A stretch of DNA of 64,000 nucleotides from NCBI GenBank assembly GCA_028534125.1, contig CM052817.1:60824001-60888000 (forward strand), in the 5' to 3' direction. Positions 27,505-40,100 of this stretch are shown one piece after another. The translations under genes and the position numbers were made by a program. The notes under the pieces were generated by a model, which searched no databases, had not been told where the DNA came from, and worked only from the letters and a program-made list of their open reading frames with translations. This DNA is from Lama glama (lineage: Eukaryota). Within the stretch, counting starts at the first letter, position 1. Each line of letters begins with the position of its first letter.

Positions 27505-27517
27505 TATATATATATAT
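27474..27517. repeat. compound (TA)n(CA)n(TA)n microsatellite
   Basis: Read directly from the sequence. Confidence 0.9.
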
Positions 27518-27849
27518 TGTGGAAATACCTCCCTATTATAGAACCAAATGTCTTAAATAAGTATGTTAAGTAGAAAACAACTTGAAGTCAGCCTGTAAAA
27601 GATAATCAGTCCCAGAGGAGCCAAGGGCTATAAATAAAGATGGGAAATATGATTGGAAAATGAAGAGCAAAGAACCATATAGATCAAGGCTAGAAGTGAC
27701 TAAAAATGCCCTAAGAGAGATATGAGAAGCACTGGAAGAATTGTGATCAAAAAGAAGAAGAGTTTTGGACCAAATAGGAAAGGAGTAGAGCTAAAATTTA
27801 AATATCAGGTAGAGAAGAAACAATTCACAAGACATTTGATTTCGTGTTC

Positions 27850-28660
27850 ATCAGTCACTCACTATACACATCTCTCAGCTTCATCCTCAACCCATTGCCT
27901 TTCCTCTCAAGGGCAGTTTATTTCTGTGATATTGCTCTCCTGTGCACTGCTATGTGCTCACTCCCACTTCATCCTGACCCATTCCTTGGCCACGTACCTC
28001 CACCAACTGCCTCACTATCTCTTCCCCAGAACCCCAAGCACCTTCCACATCGTTATTATCAAGGTCCCATTTATCTTTACTCTGTAACTTCAATTGATCT
28101 TCCACCTCCTCACGCTGATTAAAAATAAACTTCCATATATTCATTTTCATATTCTTTTTCATTAAAGGTTGTTACAAGATATTGAATATAGTTCCCCTGT
28201 GCTATACAGAAGAAACTTGTTTTTTTAATATATTTTTGTATATAGTGGTTATTTATATATATGCATTACTAGAACATTATGCTGTACACCAGAAATTGAC
28301 ACATTGTAACTGACTACACTTCAATTAAAAAAAAAAAGCTTACTCCCTGCATCTGGCACCTCTTCCTTTGAAGCACTCAGGTATAGGCCTTTGGGTTTTT
28401 CCACCCAGAGGAGAGTGCAGTTTCAATCCTTTACGCATCTTCGATTGACTTCTCTCCCTGACTGACAGTTTTTGAAACCCATGATCTTAAAATGCAAACA
28501 TGACATTAACATTCATGACCCATGAAACTCTCCTCAGAGTAACGTCATCTCTTCATATCTGGTGACTTTCCTTCCTATTTCACCTCAAATACTCACACAT
28601 ACATGATAGTATCATGAATTCATAATTATTTGGATGTGCTTACCTCCAAGATCTCAAACT
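27850..28660 (+). mobile_element. L2 internal fragment interrupted by L1
   Basis: C/T-rich degenerate L2-like sequence on both sides of the L1 at 28133-28329. Confidence 0.45.
28133..28329. mobile_element. 5'-inverted, truncated lineage-specific L1
   Basis: 28133-~28252 is antisense L1 3'UTR (tacaagatattgaatatagttcccctgtgctatacag). ~28253-28329 is the sense L1 end plus polyA. TSD aaaaataaactt / aaaaaaaagctt. Confidence 0.8.
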
Positions 28661-28810
28661 CCAAATATTTGTGTCAGAAAAGTGTCAAATTGGTGACTGA
28701 CTGAGTGCTCTGGAGGAGCCTTGAATGTGGAAAATACTTTGGTACATTTTTCATAAATGAAGCCCTTAGCCGCAACTTCATGTATTTTTGAAAATTCATT
28801 CAGAACTTAC

Positions 28811-28839
28811 CTGACACACTCTTCATCTGGGACCGGATT
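28811..28839 (-). other. candidate micro-exon (29 nt)
   Basis: Perfect donor CAG|GTAAGT, moderate acceptor ...ctatttcaattatgtcaatag|. Confidence 0.25.
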
Positions 28840-29189
28840 CTATTGACATAATTGAAATAGAGTAAATCAAATTGCAGTAAGAGTCATTTATATTGAGAAG
28901 GAACTAAGCAGCCAGAATGCTTATGTCTGATTAGTCATAAATGCACATTTCTTCTGTACAAGTCAAATAATTACTGCAAATTTGCTTTTATAAACTCTAG
29001 AGGAATCCAAAGAAGGAAACGAACAATAAATAACGACTACCATGTTGGAATTAAGATAGCTTAGTACACTCGTCTCCTCCTGCCACGTATGTTAGTTGTG
29101 CTGAGAATCACTCCTACGTTATCATTCTTTGGCTCTATTTCTCTAACTATTTATGTCTGTCCTTCAAGAGGCAGTTACTGGAGAAAGGA

Positions 29190-29410
29190 TCAAGGCAGTT
29201 GATTGGGAGACAGCCAGAGAGCACTGGAGGAGGAGAACAGAAGAGCCCACTGTGCCACTTCTCAGATGTATTTCCCTCAACAAGTCATTTAATCTTTCCA
29301 AGCCACTAGCCTCCTCAACTGTAAGAGGGCGATAAGGCCATCTTCTTCTTATTGGTTATGTGGCCATTTAAAGAGATAATGTATTTGAAAATGCTCTGTA
29401 ATTTTCAGAG
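29190..29410 (+). mobile_element. MIR SINE
   Basis: 'caagtcatttaatctttccaagcc...cctcaactgtaa...aagagataatgtatttgaaaatgctctgtaa'. Confidence 0.6.
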
Positions 29411-30474
29411 CTCAGAGAAGGAAGCAAGGAGGTAATTTATTTTTTATTTCATGAAACACCTGCAAGGACTCTGAGCTGTTACCCCAAAAGTTTAGCTGTA
29501 AAATATTTTAGACAAAACTGTAAGGAAATGCAAATACATACTGTATTTTTTACTCTGCTAAACTGGTAAATCGTAGGGGCAAATTATAATTAAATGCCTT
29601 TATGTCCAACCAGTTGTTCTTTGGCCATTAGGATAGTTGTACTTTAGAAATAATGAATAAGCAGGGCAACGTATTCCAGACTTTTTCCCCAAACTCATGG
29701 AGTATAACCTATTTGACATCTATACACTGACCGTATCTCTTACCCTTCTGCATCATCCATTCTTTAACCCCAGAGGACCCTGATCTTTACCCTCTTGCAA
29801 CACTGAATGTCTTGATTTCTTGCCTTTACTTAGTTTGGTTTCTCCCTCAAAGTACATTCCACTTCTGCATCAACTGTCACCATTTCCTCAACTCACATTT
29901 AGTTCCTTCCGCTCTCAATAATTAACTTCACCACTTCTAACACTTCTCTCTGCAAAAATAGAAATGGCTTCCTCATTGTCTCACTCAGTACCCTCTTTCT
30001 AGTATTCATGCTGTTTGACATTGCTGCAGGATTTGATACTCGTGGAAAATTCTCCTTTCTTGGCATTTACAACAATGAATTGAACTGAGCTGACAGTCAC
30101 AGAAGAATGAATGAGACTAAAATCTTTGAAACTGTCTTAAAATCTTAGTGAAAACTTTCAAATAATTGCCAAATCCAGGTCCACCTTTCATATCGAATTT
30201 GAAAGTAGAATTGCAGCCCTCCTCTGTATTCCCTGTCGAAATCCTCAGCATCTTCCAAGGTCTTCCTCAAAATGTCAGTTTTAGCCACAAAGCTTTTCCT
30301 GTTCCCATTAATCACTCCCTCTTATATAATCCCAAATTTTTACTTTTATTACAACATATATTATACCCAGAGTTATAGTATTTTAATTGTGTATAAATCT
30401 GCCTTCACTGGCTTATACAAAGATCATGCAGACACAATGCTCTCCGTACTATAGATATTCAAGGATGGAGTTTT

Positions 30475-30610
30475 TTTTTTTTACATTTTTTATTGATTCA
30501 TAATCATTTTACAGTGTTGTGTCAAATTCCAGTGTTCAGCACAATTTTTCAGTGATTCATGGACATATACACACTCATTGTCACATTTTTTTCTCTGTGA
30601 TTTATCATAA
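30475..30610 (-). mobile_element. short young L1 3' end
   Basis: PolyT, then 'tttattgattcataatcattttacagtgttgtgtcaaattccagtgttcagcac'. TSD caaggatggagtttt (30460-30474) / caagaatggagtttt (30611-30625), 14/15 identical. Confidence 0.8.
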
Positions 30611-31978
30611 CAAGAATGGAGTTTTGAAGAAAGAAACTCCTATCAGATTTCATTAGCCCACTGTACCTTATTCTTTCTAAGCATTATGTTCTGCAAAAAA
30701 CAAACAACAACAACAAAAAAACAGTGAAGTTATTGTAAGAAAGTGAAGATATGAATCTTTAGACTGTTCAGTGTTTTTATAAATATTCAGCAGCTCAGTC
30801 TTGGATATTTGAAGTACTCTAGGTTTATGGAATTTGGAGACAAAGATTTTAATGTGATCAATTTAATGAAAGTGAGTCCAAGTGTTTCTAATATTTTTAA
30901 GATTTCATGACTGAATTGGAGTAAATCATTGTTTCTGTAAGCAGTGAGAAGCAGTTCTTTCCTGAAAAGATCACTAGTTTGCTGGCTCTTAGGCAAAATA
31001 CTTCATGCATTATAGTTGAAGAGTGGAAACGATAGGCTCATCACTGCTGTTTCTCATGAGCAATAAACAGAGAGAGTGTAGGCTACGTATCAAGTTTAGG
31101 AACTCAGGTCCTTATCTAGTGCCAAAAGACAGACATGGCCAATGACTGTCACACTCACTGGAGACTTCAGGAATTTGGTCTATTGAGTTCATTTTGCTCC
31201 TAAGTGCTTTCATTAGAAGTCAGGGTGGATTTCTTCCATGCCAGAATTCCGTTACCATCCGTATTTTAATTTACCATCAAGGGGAAGATATAGTGACAAA
31301 TGCTAGCGTATATGAGTCAGTTACTTCAAAAAGAAACACCATTCTTTTTTATTTTTTATTTAAAAATTTTTTCAATTCTACTCATATTAAACTATGCTTA
31401 CTGTAAAAGTTTACAAAATATTTTTGGTCAAAACCCTTAATTATGATTTTCTTGTACATATCCCAAGAAAAGCAATTAGTCATATATTTCATGTTCATTT
31501 TTCGATTTTTTGCTATATGCTTTTATTAACCACTAAATGGATTATTTCTTTTTGTCTCCTTCAACATGATTATTGGAATCACTTTGAGTTTTCAAGTCTT
31601 ATTCTATTACATTAGATATTTACACTAACAACCCATCAATATACTAAATTAGTACATGTGACTAAACAAGCATGTACAGGCTTAACTGATTTGTAACAAC
31701 ATTTAACAGACCAACACCACAGCTTGTTTCTGTGGGATTTAATAAACTGTACTTGTCCACAGTGTCTGAGAAAAGCAGAAGAGACTCTGATATATATTTA
31801 TTTTGTTTCTATAATAAGAACATGGAAATACATATGTGAAAGTAAATGTGGCTCTATTTCTATCCACAAGAGTGAAATGTGCTAACTGAAGTGATAACTT
31901 GAACAGAAGTTTTATTAAAAACAAATGCACTTTGGTTTTTAGGTTCTGAAGTAAGTCTGTTAAAAAAGCAAAATTACA

Positions 31979-32116
31979 GGGGAGAGTATATAGCTCAGTG
32001 GCAGAGCACGTGTTTAGCATGCATGAGGTCCTGGGCTCAATCCCCAGTACCTCCATTAAAAAATAAATAAATAAACCTAATTACCTCCCCCCCCAAAAAA
32101 AGACAAGAAAGAAAAA
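31979..32116 (+). mobile_element. Vic-1-type tRNA-derived SINE, long form
   Basis: ggggagagtatatagctcagtggcagagc... with A box at 31991-32001 and B box at ~32033-32044, then aaataaataaacctaattacctcccccc and an A-rich tail. Confidence 0.9.
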
Positions 32117-32299
32117 TAATGCTTAAAGATTAATTAATAATAGCATTATAAAATGTTGTAATGTTAAATTTGAGCATCATTAGGAATAAGCTAAGTTTCA
32201 AAGTTTTCCATTATACTTTTTGTTTAAAGTTTGAAGAAGTTTGTGTTAGTCTGTTTAACTTCAGAAGTATTCATCATACTTATAACTGTTCAAAAGAAG

Positions 32300-32520
32300 T
32301 AACATGACTTGATTGGTTAAAAGCAAATACTTTAGTAGCAGGCAAACCTAGGTTCACGCCCTACTTCTGCCACTTACTGTGTGATTTAAGGGAAGTTCCT
32401 AGACCTCGCTAAAGTTTAATTCCCTCACTTGCAAATAAGTGGCCAGAACAACTCCTGCTTTTAGTGGTTGTTATGAAAATTACATGAGAAAGTGATGAGT
32501 AAAGGTAAAGTGATAGCGTG
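32300..32520 (+). mobile_element. MIR SINE
   Basis: 'ggttaaaagca...ctaggttcacgccctacttctgccacttactgtgtgatttaagggaagtt'. Confidence 0.6.
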
Positions 32521-34577
32521 ACTCTCACATATGTTAGCTTATCAGTTTGCCAGCATACTACTGTTATCAACTTGTCAATATCTGTTACTATTATTATTAA
32601 TGTAGCACCAATGAAGTAGTCTGTTAGGAGAAATACTGCAATAAATACTTGGAAGTATTGCAAGAAGTACTGTCATTGTGAGAAGTATTTGAGAAACCAA
32701 CTTGAAAAAATGTAAAGAGAATTATCTTTTTAAATATATATTATATATGTTTAAGTCAAGAAAGATGCAGTTAAAGCATCTGAAATGAGTTCAGCAGCTT
32801 TGATGAAATAAAACAATTCAACAGCTAAGACACAATTTGGACATGCCAAAATTGTTAACCTTAATGTAACCCTTTTTAATGGGTTGTTAAGGTATTTGCT
32901 ACCTTTAAGAAGGGAGAAGTATATGTTCTCTTACAGTTTCTTAAAAAGTGAAATTGTGAGAAGCACACAGGTGCTGAGCTTTGACTATGCAAGAACTAGG
33001 CTGGACCCTGATTCCTCAGGAGAGCCCCACAAGCTTTTACCATCTGTATTTTGAAAATGAAAGCCTCAAGTTCTAAATGGCCAAGTAGTTTTAGCCCAAG
33101 TGTCGGGTAGCTAGCTGGCAGATGAAGAAACCAAAATTAAAACCGAAGTTTTTCTAAACCAGGAGCTCTCCTTGGAGCTGTCTTTAGTTGTGTGATAGTA
33201 TGACTCTGAAGGTGAGAACCCTGGTTTTGAGACCTAGAGTCCTGGAATATGAAAAGTTAAAGAGCTGAAGAAGGCTTTTGTGTTTTACTCAAATGATTCT
33301 TTCATTATTGATTATAATTTATAATGTAAAGTACATGACATTCAAACATTCTCTCTTTTGATCTGGTACAAAACCTCGTGAACCAGGACTCCAATACTTC
33401 AGTATCAGCTAGATTCTGAAGTGTGGTGCATGTACTGGGAAACTAGACTCATAACTAACTCATATTCAATGACTTTCTAGATATAAGTCCTTATTCAGTT
33501 GGATTGAGTGTGTCAGGCAGAAATTTAAAATAATGGAGTTAAGAAATTTTTTAGCAGCAAAACTGTAGAAAATCAGCAAGATTAAGTATACTATTTTTTT
33601 TAATTATTCAAAGGTAGTTTAAAGTCTGTGCTCTTATTGTAATTCCTTAATGTCTCACTTTACATTTGGATAACTTTCAAGCCTCTAAGTGTATGACATT
33701 ATGAATTACTCTAATATTGAGTGGGTTTTTCCTGGACTTTCCTAGATAGGAAAGTGGAAAATTTTCTACATGTAAACCATATTATACATAGCTTCATTGA
33801 CATATACAAATAAAACCCATCCTAACACTAAAAGGATTTTTTGGTAATTTTTCATTAATAATCCTTTCAGCAATTTCAGTTTCACTATGAAGAGTTTAAT
33901 CTTGAACATTTTAATTGACTGAATTAAGCATCATTTTTAAAAATCACGTTAGAGGACTGAGTAAGAATGATGGCTCTTGTAATGTGTGAATGACGCAGCT
34001 AGTCACAGAGCAGCTCATTCTGTACCTCACCATTCATTCTCCAGGCTACGTTAACAGTGTCTTTCCAAGGGCTTGATTATGGTTTAAAAACAGAGATAAT
34101 TCTAGGAAGAAAATATTTTTAAAGCAATTCCTGTCTTGTTTTTCTCACCCCAAGCTCCATGCCCCCAGGGCAACTTTACGTGATCTAAAACTGTGAAATA
34201 GTCTAGCTGCTTAAGCAAATGAGTCATTAAAGCTGTTTTGTATTCCAGTGGGTGATGAATGTTGGTACTGACAGTGCAGCGTGCCTGCTGTTTGTGATGG
34301 GGGTAGGAAGGGCAGTTTGGAAGGAGATTGTGTGGGTGCACTATAATGAATCTGTTTCGTCTTTGAATGACTCCATATGCTCTTGTAAAGCTACCAATTC
34401 TCTCCCTTGCTTTTTTTCCTTCTCCTTTTAATGCCAAGATGAATTGATCCTGGATTGCAGCTCCAAACGCTGACACCATTGAATATGAAGGTGTCATTGT
34501 AAAATGAACCATAGCAAATTCTTAATAAACAACCTTCACACAGAGTTATAGGTTTTGACATTTAGATATAGACTCAC

Positions 34578-34615
34578 CCCAGTGAAGGAAGCTTCTTCCT
34601 TCAGTCCATTGCATG
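34578..34615 (-). other. candidate micro-exon (38 nt)
   Basis: Acceptor tgctttttactcttattcatcttag| and donor GGG|GTGAGT. Confidence 0.3.
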
Positions 34616-35599
34616 CTAAGATGAATAAGAGTAAAAAGCAATTTGATTGGTATTTAATATAGTTTATTCCTTGCTATATTGAGCAGTCATATTGCATGTC
34701 TTCTTTACTTCCATCTACCAGGAAAATTGGAAAAAGAATGATTTGAGATCAAGAACTTTATTTCTGAAAGAGTATGAATGGTCTTAGAGCTAAAGCCTTG
34801 AAATCATTTGTGTCTGAGGGAAAAAATTATAAGCCCTATAGGATGCATGCTAGAAAAACAATTACCAAAATGTATCAAGGGAGGCACTGCAGACTGATTC
34901 CTTTTATACAAATCAGTATATTCCAGGAACTCACTTTCTGGATTAGAGTGAGTAATGCTTAGAAAACAATTTGATATTTTCTGACTTGGTTAAAAAAAAA
35001 GAATATGGTAATTTGGTCTGTGATGATTATTACAATTTACATTATCTTGAACACAGAAAAGATATGCCATTTTGTTAAATTCAAGATTATTAACTTTTTT
35101 CTCTTTGTAAGTCCTGAATAAAAATTCTTCAATGGGTTTTGCTTTAAAAATATATAGAGACTCTGCAAGTTGAAGACATTTTATTAATCTGTATTCTCCA
35201 GAAGAAACCTGCGTATTTAAAAGATGCATTAAGCAGTCTGACATAAAATTTGGTCTTATAGTTCTAGCTGTAAGCAACTTCTATATGGAATTCATTAACT
35301 AGCTTTATTAGCACTTTCCCAAAGAACAGTTATCTCCTGCTACATTGATCCTATATTAGACTTTTTATTATTAAATTGATTCTTATTTCTGCAAATGAAT
35401 ACTAATAATGTAAACATTTCAAAAGTTTTAACTCTAGGTATCTCTTACTCAATGTAATTGGACTGTTATATGTAAATTGACTTCTTGTGGATAGATTTCA
35501 TACACAAAAGATGCCTAGATTTCAAAAAATCCTGCATTCAGTTCTTTTATAAAGCATATCATTCTTTTCTATAATAATTATTAACTTAGATATTTATCT

Positions 35600-37190
35600 A
35601 TTTAGTTTCCCTAAATTTGAATAATTAAGATATCTAAATTTCATTCACCTACTCTTTCCTGGTCCAATCTACTACCAATTCTGTTGCTGGTACCCCATAT
35701 ATATTTATCAGATCCATCCAAAAAGTGGAAAGAATCAAATAACAGATGTCCATGTGCTCTGCAACCTGCTTAAGAAATCAAACATTATAAATAAAAAGCC
35801 TTAACTGTAGTCTTACCTGAATCCTATTCTTCTTTCTCTTCCTAGTGGTAACCTCCATCCTGAATTTGGTGCTTTTCATTGGCATTCATGTTTATAAACT
35901 TGCATTAGTTACTAATGTATTCATAAACAATATATCGTGCCTTTCCAACTGGTACCAAACTGTAGACATAATTCTGCAGCTTGTATATTCCTCTCAACAT
36001 GGTGTTTTTGAAATGTGTTCACGTTGATCTGTAGGTGGATCTAGTTCATTTACATTAACTGCTCTAGTATTCCAATGTAGGAATACATTAAATTGTGCTT
36101 ATTATTTTATAGATGGGTGCCTCTATTGCTTCCAACTTTTTGCTATTACCATAATGCTAAAATGAACATTACTGTACATATCTCCTTTGGCAAGAATACG
36201 AGAGAATACTTTATTGGAGAGAATATACCTGAATTGGAAACACTGAGTTCTTGGCAAGCGTATCTTCAACATTATTGGCAAATAGCTTTCCAAGGCATAT
36301 CAATAGATACTGCCTCAGTGGTTTGTAGAAGTGAATTGCTCATTCATATTGTTAACCCAAGTGAGTGTCCTAGACACTGAGCATATAGCAATAAACCAAA
36401 TATATAAAACTTTCTGCCTAAGTGGAGCTTGCATTCAAATGTGGGTAAAAAAAGAGATAAATAAAATACATAATATGTCAGATGGGAGAAGTAATGTAGA
36501 TAAAAATAAAGCAAGAAAAAGAGATAGAGACTGCTGGGATGAGAGATGAAATTTTAAATAGATCAGGGAAAACTGTACTGAGAAAGTGAACAAAGAACTA
36601 AAGGCGATAAAGGAAAAAGCCTCAAATCCTCACTAATACTTATCACACTTTTTAATTTGTGTTATGTGTAATGGAAGTAAAAACATTTCTCATTGGGATT
36701 TTTAGTTTGATATTTCTGAGGTTGAGCATATTTTCAGTTGTTAGTTTTCTATTTGTATTTTCTCTATTGTAAGTTACTTGTTAATATCCTAACCCATTTT
36801 TATACTGTTACTTTCCTATTTCTTTGCTGAATAATAGAGTTCTTGTCATATATTAAAGGTACTATTTCTTTGCTGTTGGTGTGTGTATGTGTTGCAAATA
36901 TCTGCTACCACTTTATGGTTTAACTCTTCACTCCTTTGATACTATCCTTTCATGCTCTGAAGTTCTAATTTTATTGTCATTCTTTTCATTGAATTTATCA
37001 GTCTTTTCCTTTATGGTTTGTACTTGCTGTTGTCTCTTTTAGAAATCCTTACCTATCCTAAATATTTTTCCATATAGTCTCATTTTATTGATAATTTAAT
37101 CTCTGTAGAATCTGTTGTTGTGTATGGTGTGAGATAGCGATCCAATTGTAAATTTTTTCCATGTGGATAACAAATTATCCTGTCTTCATG
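35600..37190 (-). mobile_element. old L1 (L1ME-like) with L2-like segment at ~36330-36620
   Basis: Antisense L1 motifs (ttccaactttttgctattaccataatgct, gaggttgagcatattttca, tgttgcaaatatct, gtgtatggtgtgagatag). Confidence 0.65.
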
Positions 37191-40100
37191 GGCCCTTTTT
37201 TAAAGTACAGATTATATCTCCACTGAAGTGTCATTCACAGAAGGAATTTCTTGGCCATTCCTGAGTTATGTTGCAATTTTGTGTGCTATAACACCCTATA
37301 ATTCTCCTTCTTAGAACTTAAAAATGATTTTCAATAATTGATTATTTATTTAATTATTTGCTTGATTTCTAGTTTTATCCCGCCTCCTCCCCAAAATGAG
37401 AAACTTCATGAGGATATAAACCATCTCTTGCTCAAAACTGTAACCTCAGTTCCAACATGGTGCCTCGTTCAGAATAAGTAACTATAAATGTGTTCAATGA
37501 TATAAACAGATTTGAATTCTGCACTATTTGAGATTAAAGTTGCATTGATTTCTGACACCTTGAGTTTTTAATAATAAGGCTGAAAGTAACCATAAATCTT
37601 CCAATATTTATGTGACCCTAAATAATCTTTCTAGGTATTACTTGAACTAGTATAAATATTTGACTTTTTCTTGAAAGCTGACATTCTTACAACTAGCCCT
37701 TTCTCCCCAGTTTGAAAAGAGATAAGAAATATCTTAGGTGTCTGATATGCAAGTCAGTAAGATGTGTAAACTCTGTGACCTAAGCAATGTATAATCTTAC
37801 CTTCCCCCTAACTAATTTATCTACATTTACATAGAACTGTACATGAACCATTTTCATTAATTCAAGAGTCTTTTCCATCCCTTGATTTTTAGAAATCAAT
37901 AGTCAGCCTCCTAGTAGAATCAAATGAGTCAAATCTAGGGAAAGTTTTTCCAGTTAGATGAGGATTCTCTAATGATTCTGGGGGTACTGCTTCTTTAGAG
38001 TTGGAATAGACTGTGCAATAATCTTTCCTTTTCAATAAAGAAGACAAGTTCACTTCAGAACCAATTACCTCTTGTCTAGAGTACATTAATGTTTCTGAAA
38101 TTCTAGGCTGACAATTTTGGATGTTTTTAATCCCCTCCTTGATAATGGTACTTCTTTTTCATTTCCTGCCTTTTTAAAAATAGCTAGGGAGTTGAGGTGG
38201 CCTTCATGACTTTAACAAACTTCAACATAAAATAAAGCCAAACTTTGAAGTGTGAAAATCATGTATTTATTTACCCATTCAACAAATAGTGAATTAGTGC
38301 CTACCATTTACCAGTCGTTGCTCCAAGTGGTTGGGGACAAAATGGTGGAAGAAAATATGTGCAGAATCCCTGCACTGATGAGATATATTGTTCCAGAGAG
38401 GTACGTTATGGTAAAATTAGAACAGCCATATTATATAGTGTTAGGTTGTAAGAAAAATAAGCAGGGCCTTGAGATAGAGAGTGACAAGAAGGGTGCTGTT
38501 TTAGATAGGGCTACCTACCCTTTAGAAAAAGATAAACCTTAGACAAGAGGTTCACTCTGTTTTACTTTACAAGGTTCAAGAGCAAATCTGGCGAACAGCC
38601 CCAATTCACTCGGATCTAAGTTTCCTAGTTACAGCTCTCATTTAACTAGTTCACTGTTGTTCTTTCTCTACCCTCTTCACACAATTCCATTTTCTCCAGC
38701 TATACGTTTTTATAAGTTAATACTGAATCTTCAGTCTGTGTTGGTACCCATGTGCTTTGCTGTCTTTTCAAATTCCTCCTTAAATATGTGTTCATTTGCA
38801 TACTCTCTATAATTCTGCACACCTGGAGTCATTTGAGTGTGATGTACTTGGGTGTACAAGAATATGTGTACATATCAGGTAGGCAAGAGAAATCGAACTT
38901 TGTGCACATACACACGCATTAGGGATAAGTGATCAGGACATGATGAGGGAAACAACTGCTGAGCTAGATGTTTCTAAAATGATTATTTAGTAAAATTGAA
39001 TTATCATTGCAGAGCCAGAACACAACTGGGGCCAGAGGTCAGAAATGTCCTGTGGGTCAGCTGTGGCTGTGCTGTAATCTGTGAACAAATCACTCCACAT
39101 ATTCCAGACACATAATTAAATATTTCAGCACTACTGTCAACTAAATGTATTATGTACTTAAACAACTCTGGGTGAGAAAACAATAATTATAATAATGGTA
39201 TCAATTTTATACTGGTCATCCACAGTGCAGATTTTAAATGTTATCTGCTTAAAATAGGCAGCCATTACTTAATATATGTACACATATTTTCACCTTTTAA
39301 AACCAAGTACACACTTAAATACTAGTATAGCTTTACCTCTTTCACTAATACTAGTCTTTCTGCCATGCCTTATAGCTACTGAATTTCCCTTCAATTTCAA
39401 TGTGAATTTAAAATCTGTTGCTCAAACTCAGAAATTTACATACACACAACAGAACTTTATAAATGTATTTAACAAAAAGATTGCTTGATCAATGTAATTT
39501 TTTCCTTTAGATTATGACTAATAAAGCTGATTTGGGTCAAAGTAAAACTGAAATTCTTTTTACCTATACTTCAGAAGTATGCAGTGAAAACTATTCGGTC
39601 TAACTAGATAAAGGAGTTTTTACAAAGTGCTTTATCAGGTTCAATAATTAAAAGATTTTCTGCTAACTATTCAGTGAATCTTCTTTGTAGCTCTGCTTTG
39701 CAGAGTCAGTTCTTTCTCTCTCTTTCTTTGAAAAGTCTAATTAAATTGGGAAAGTTTTTTTTTCTATTCATTCTGTTTTTGCCATATTGGACATAGATAG
39801 GAAAATAACTAATTAAATGGCAACAGTGCTTCTTTTTTCATTCTTGTCCTATTGAGACTTTATGGGCGGATAGGAGTAGGTGCATTTTCCCAGTTTGAGT
39901 TTTTTAAGTTGATTTCTTATTGTCTCTTTTCTCAGTGTGAAATATCTTTGGGGTTAATGGATGTAATAGGGATAAATTCCTCTCTGATTCCTGTATTGAT
40001 GCTCTAATAGGTTTTTTGGAAAAATTGACTAGTGAAGAATTGAAACTGAACACTTCAGAGCCCTTGCCTTCCCCTTGTGAGCATTGTTTAAGCACTGTCA

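Noticed and set aside
31979..32055. tRNA-like sequence as a real tRNA gene
   Set aside because: It has a SINE body and tail, no clean cloverleaf, and diverged sibling copies in the window.
34990..35277. Protein-looking minus-strand ORF (VSSGEYRLIKCLQLAESLY...) after a possible acceptor
   Set aside because: No convincing donor and no recognisable homology. The composition is explained by AT-rich DNA.
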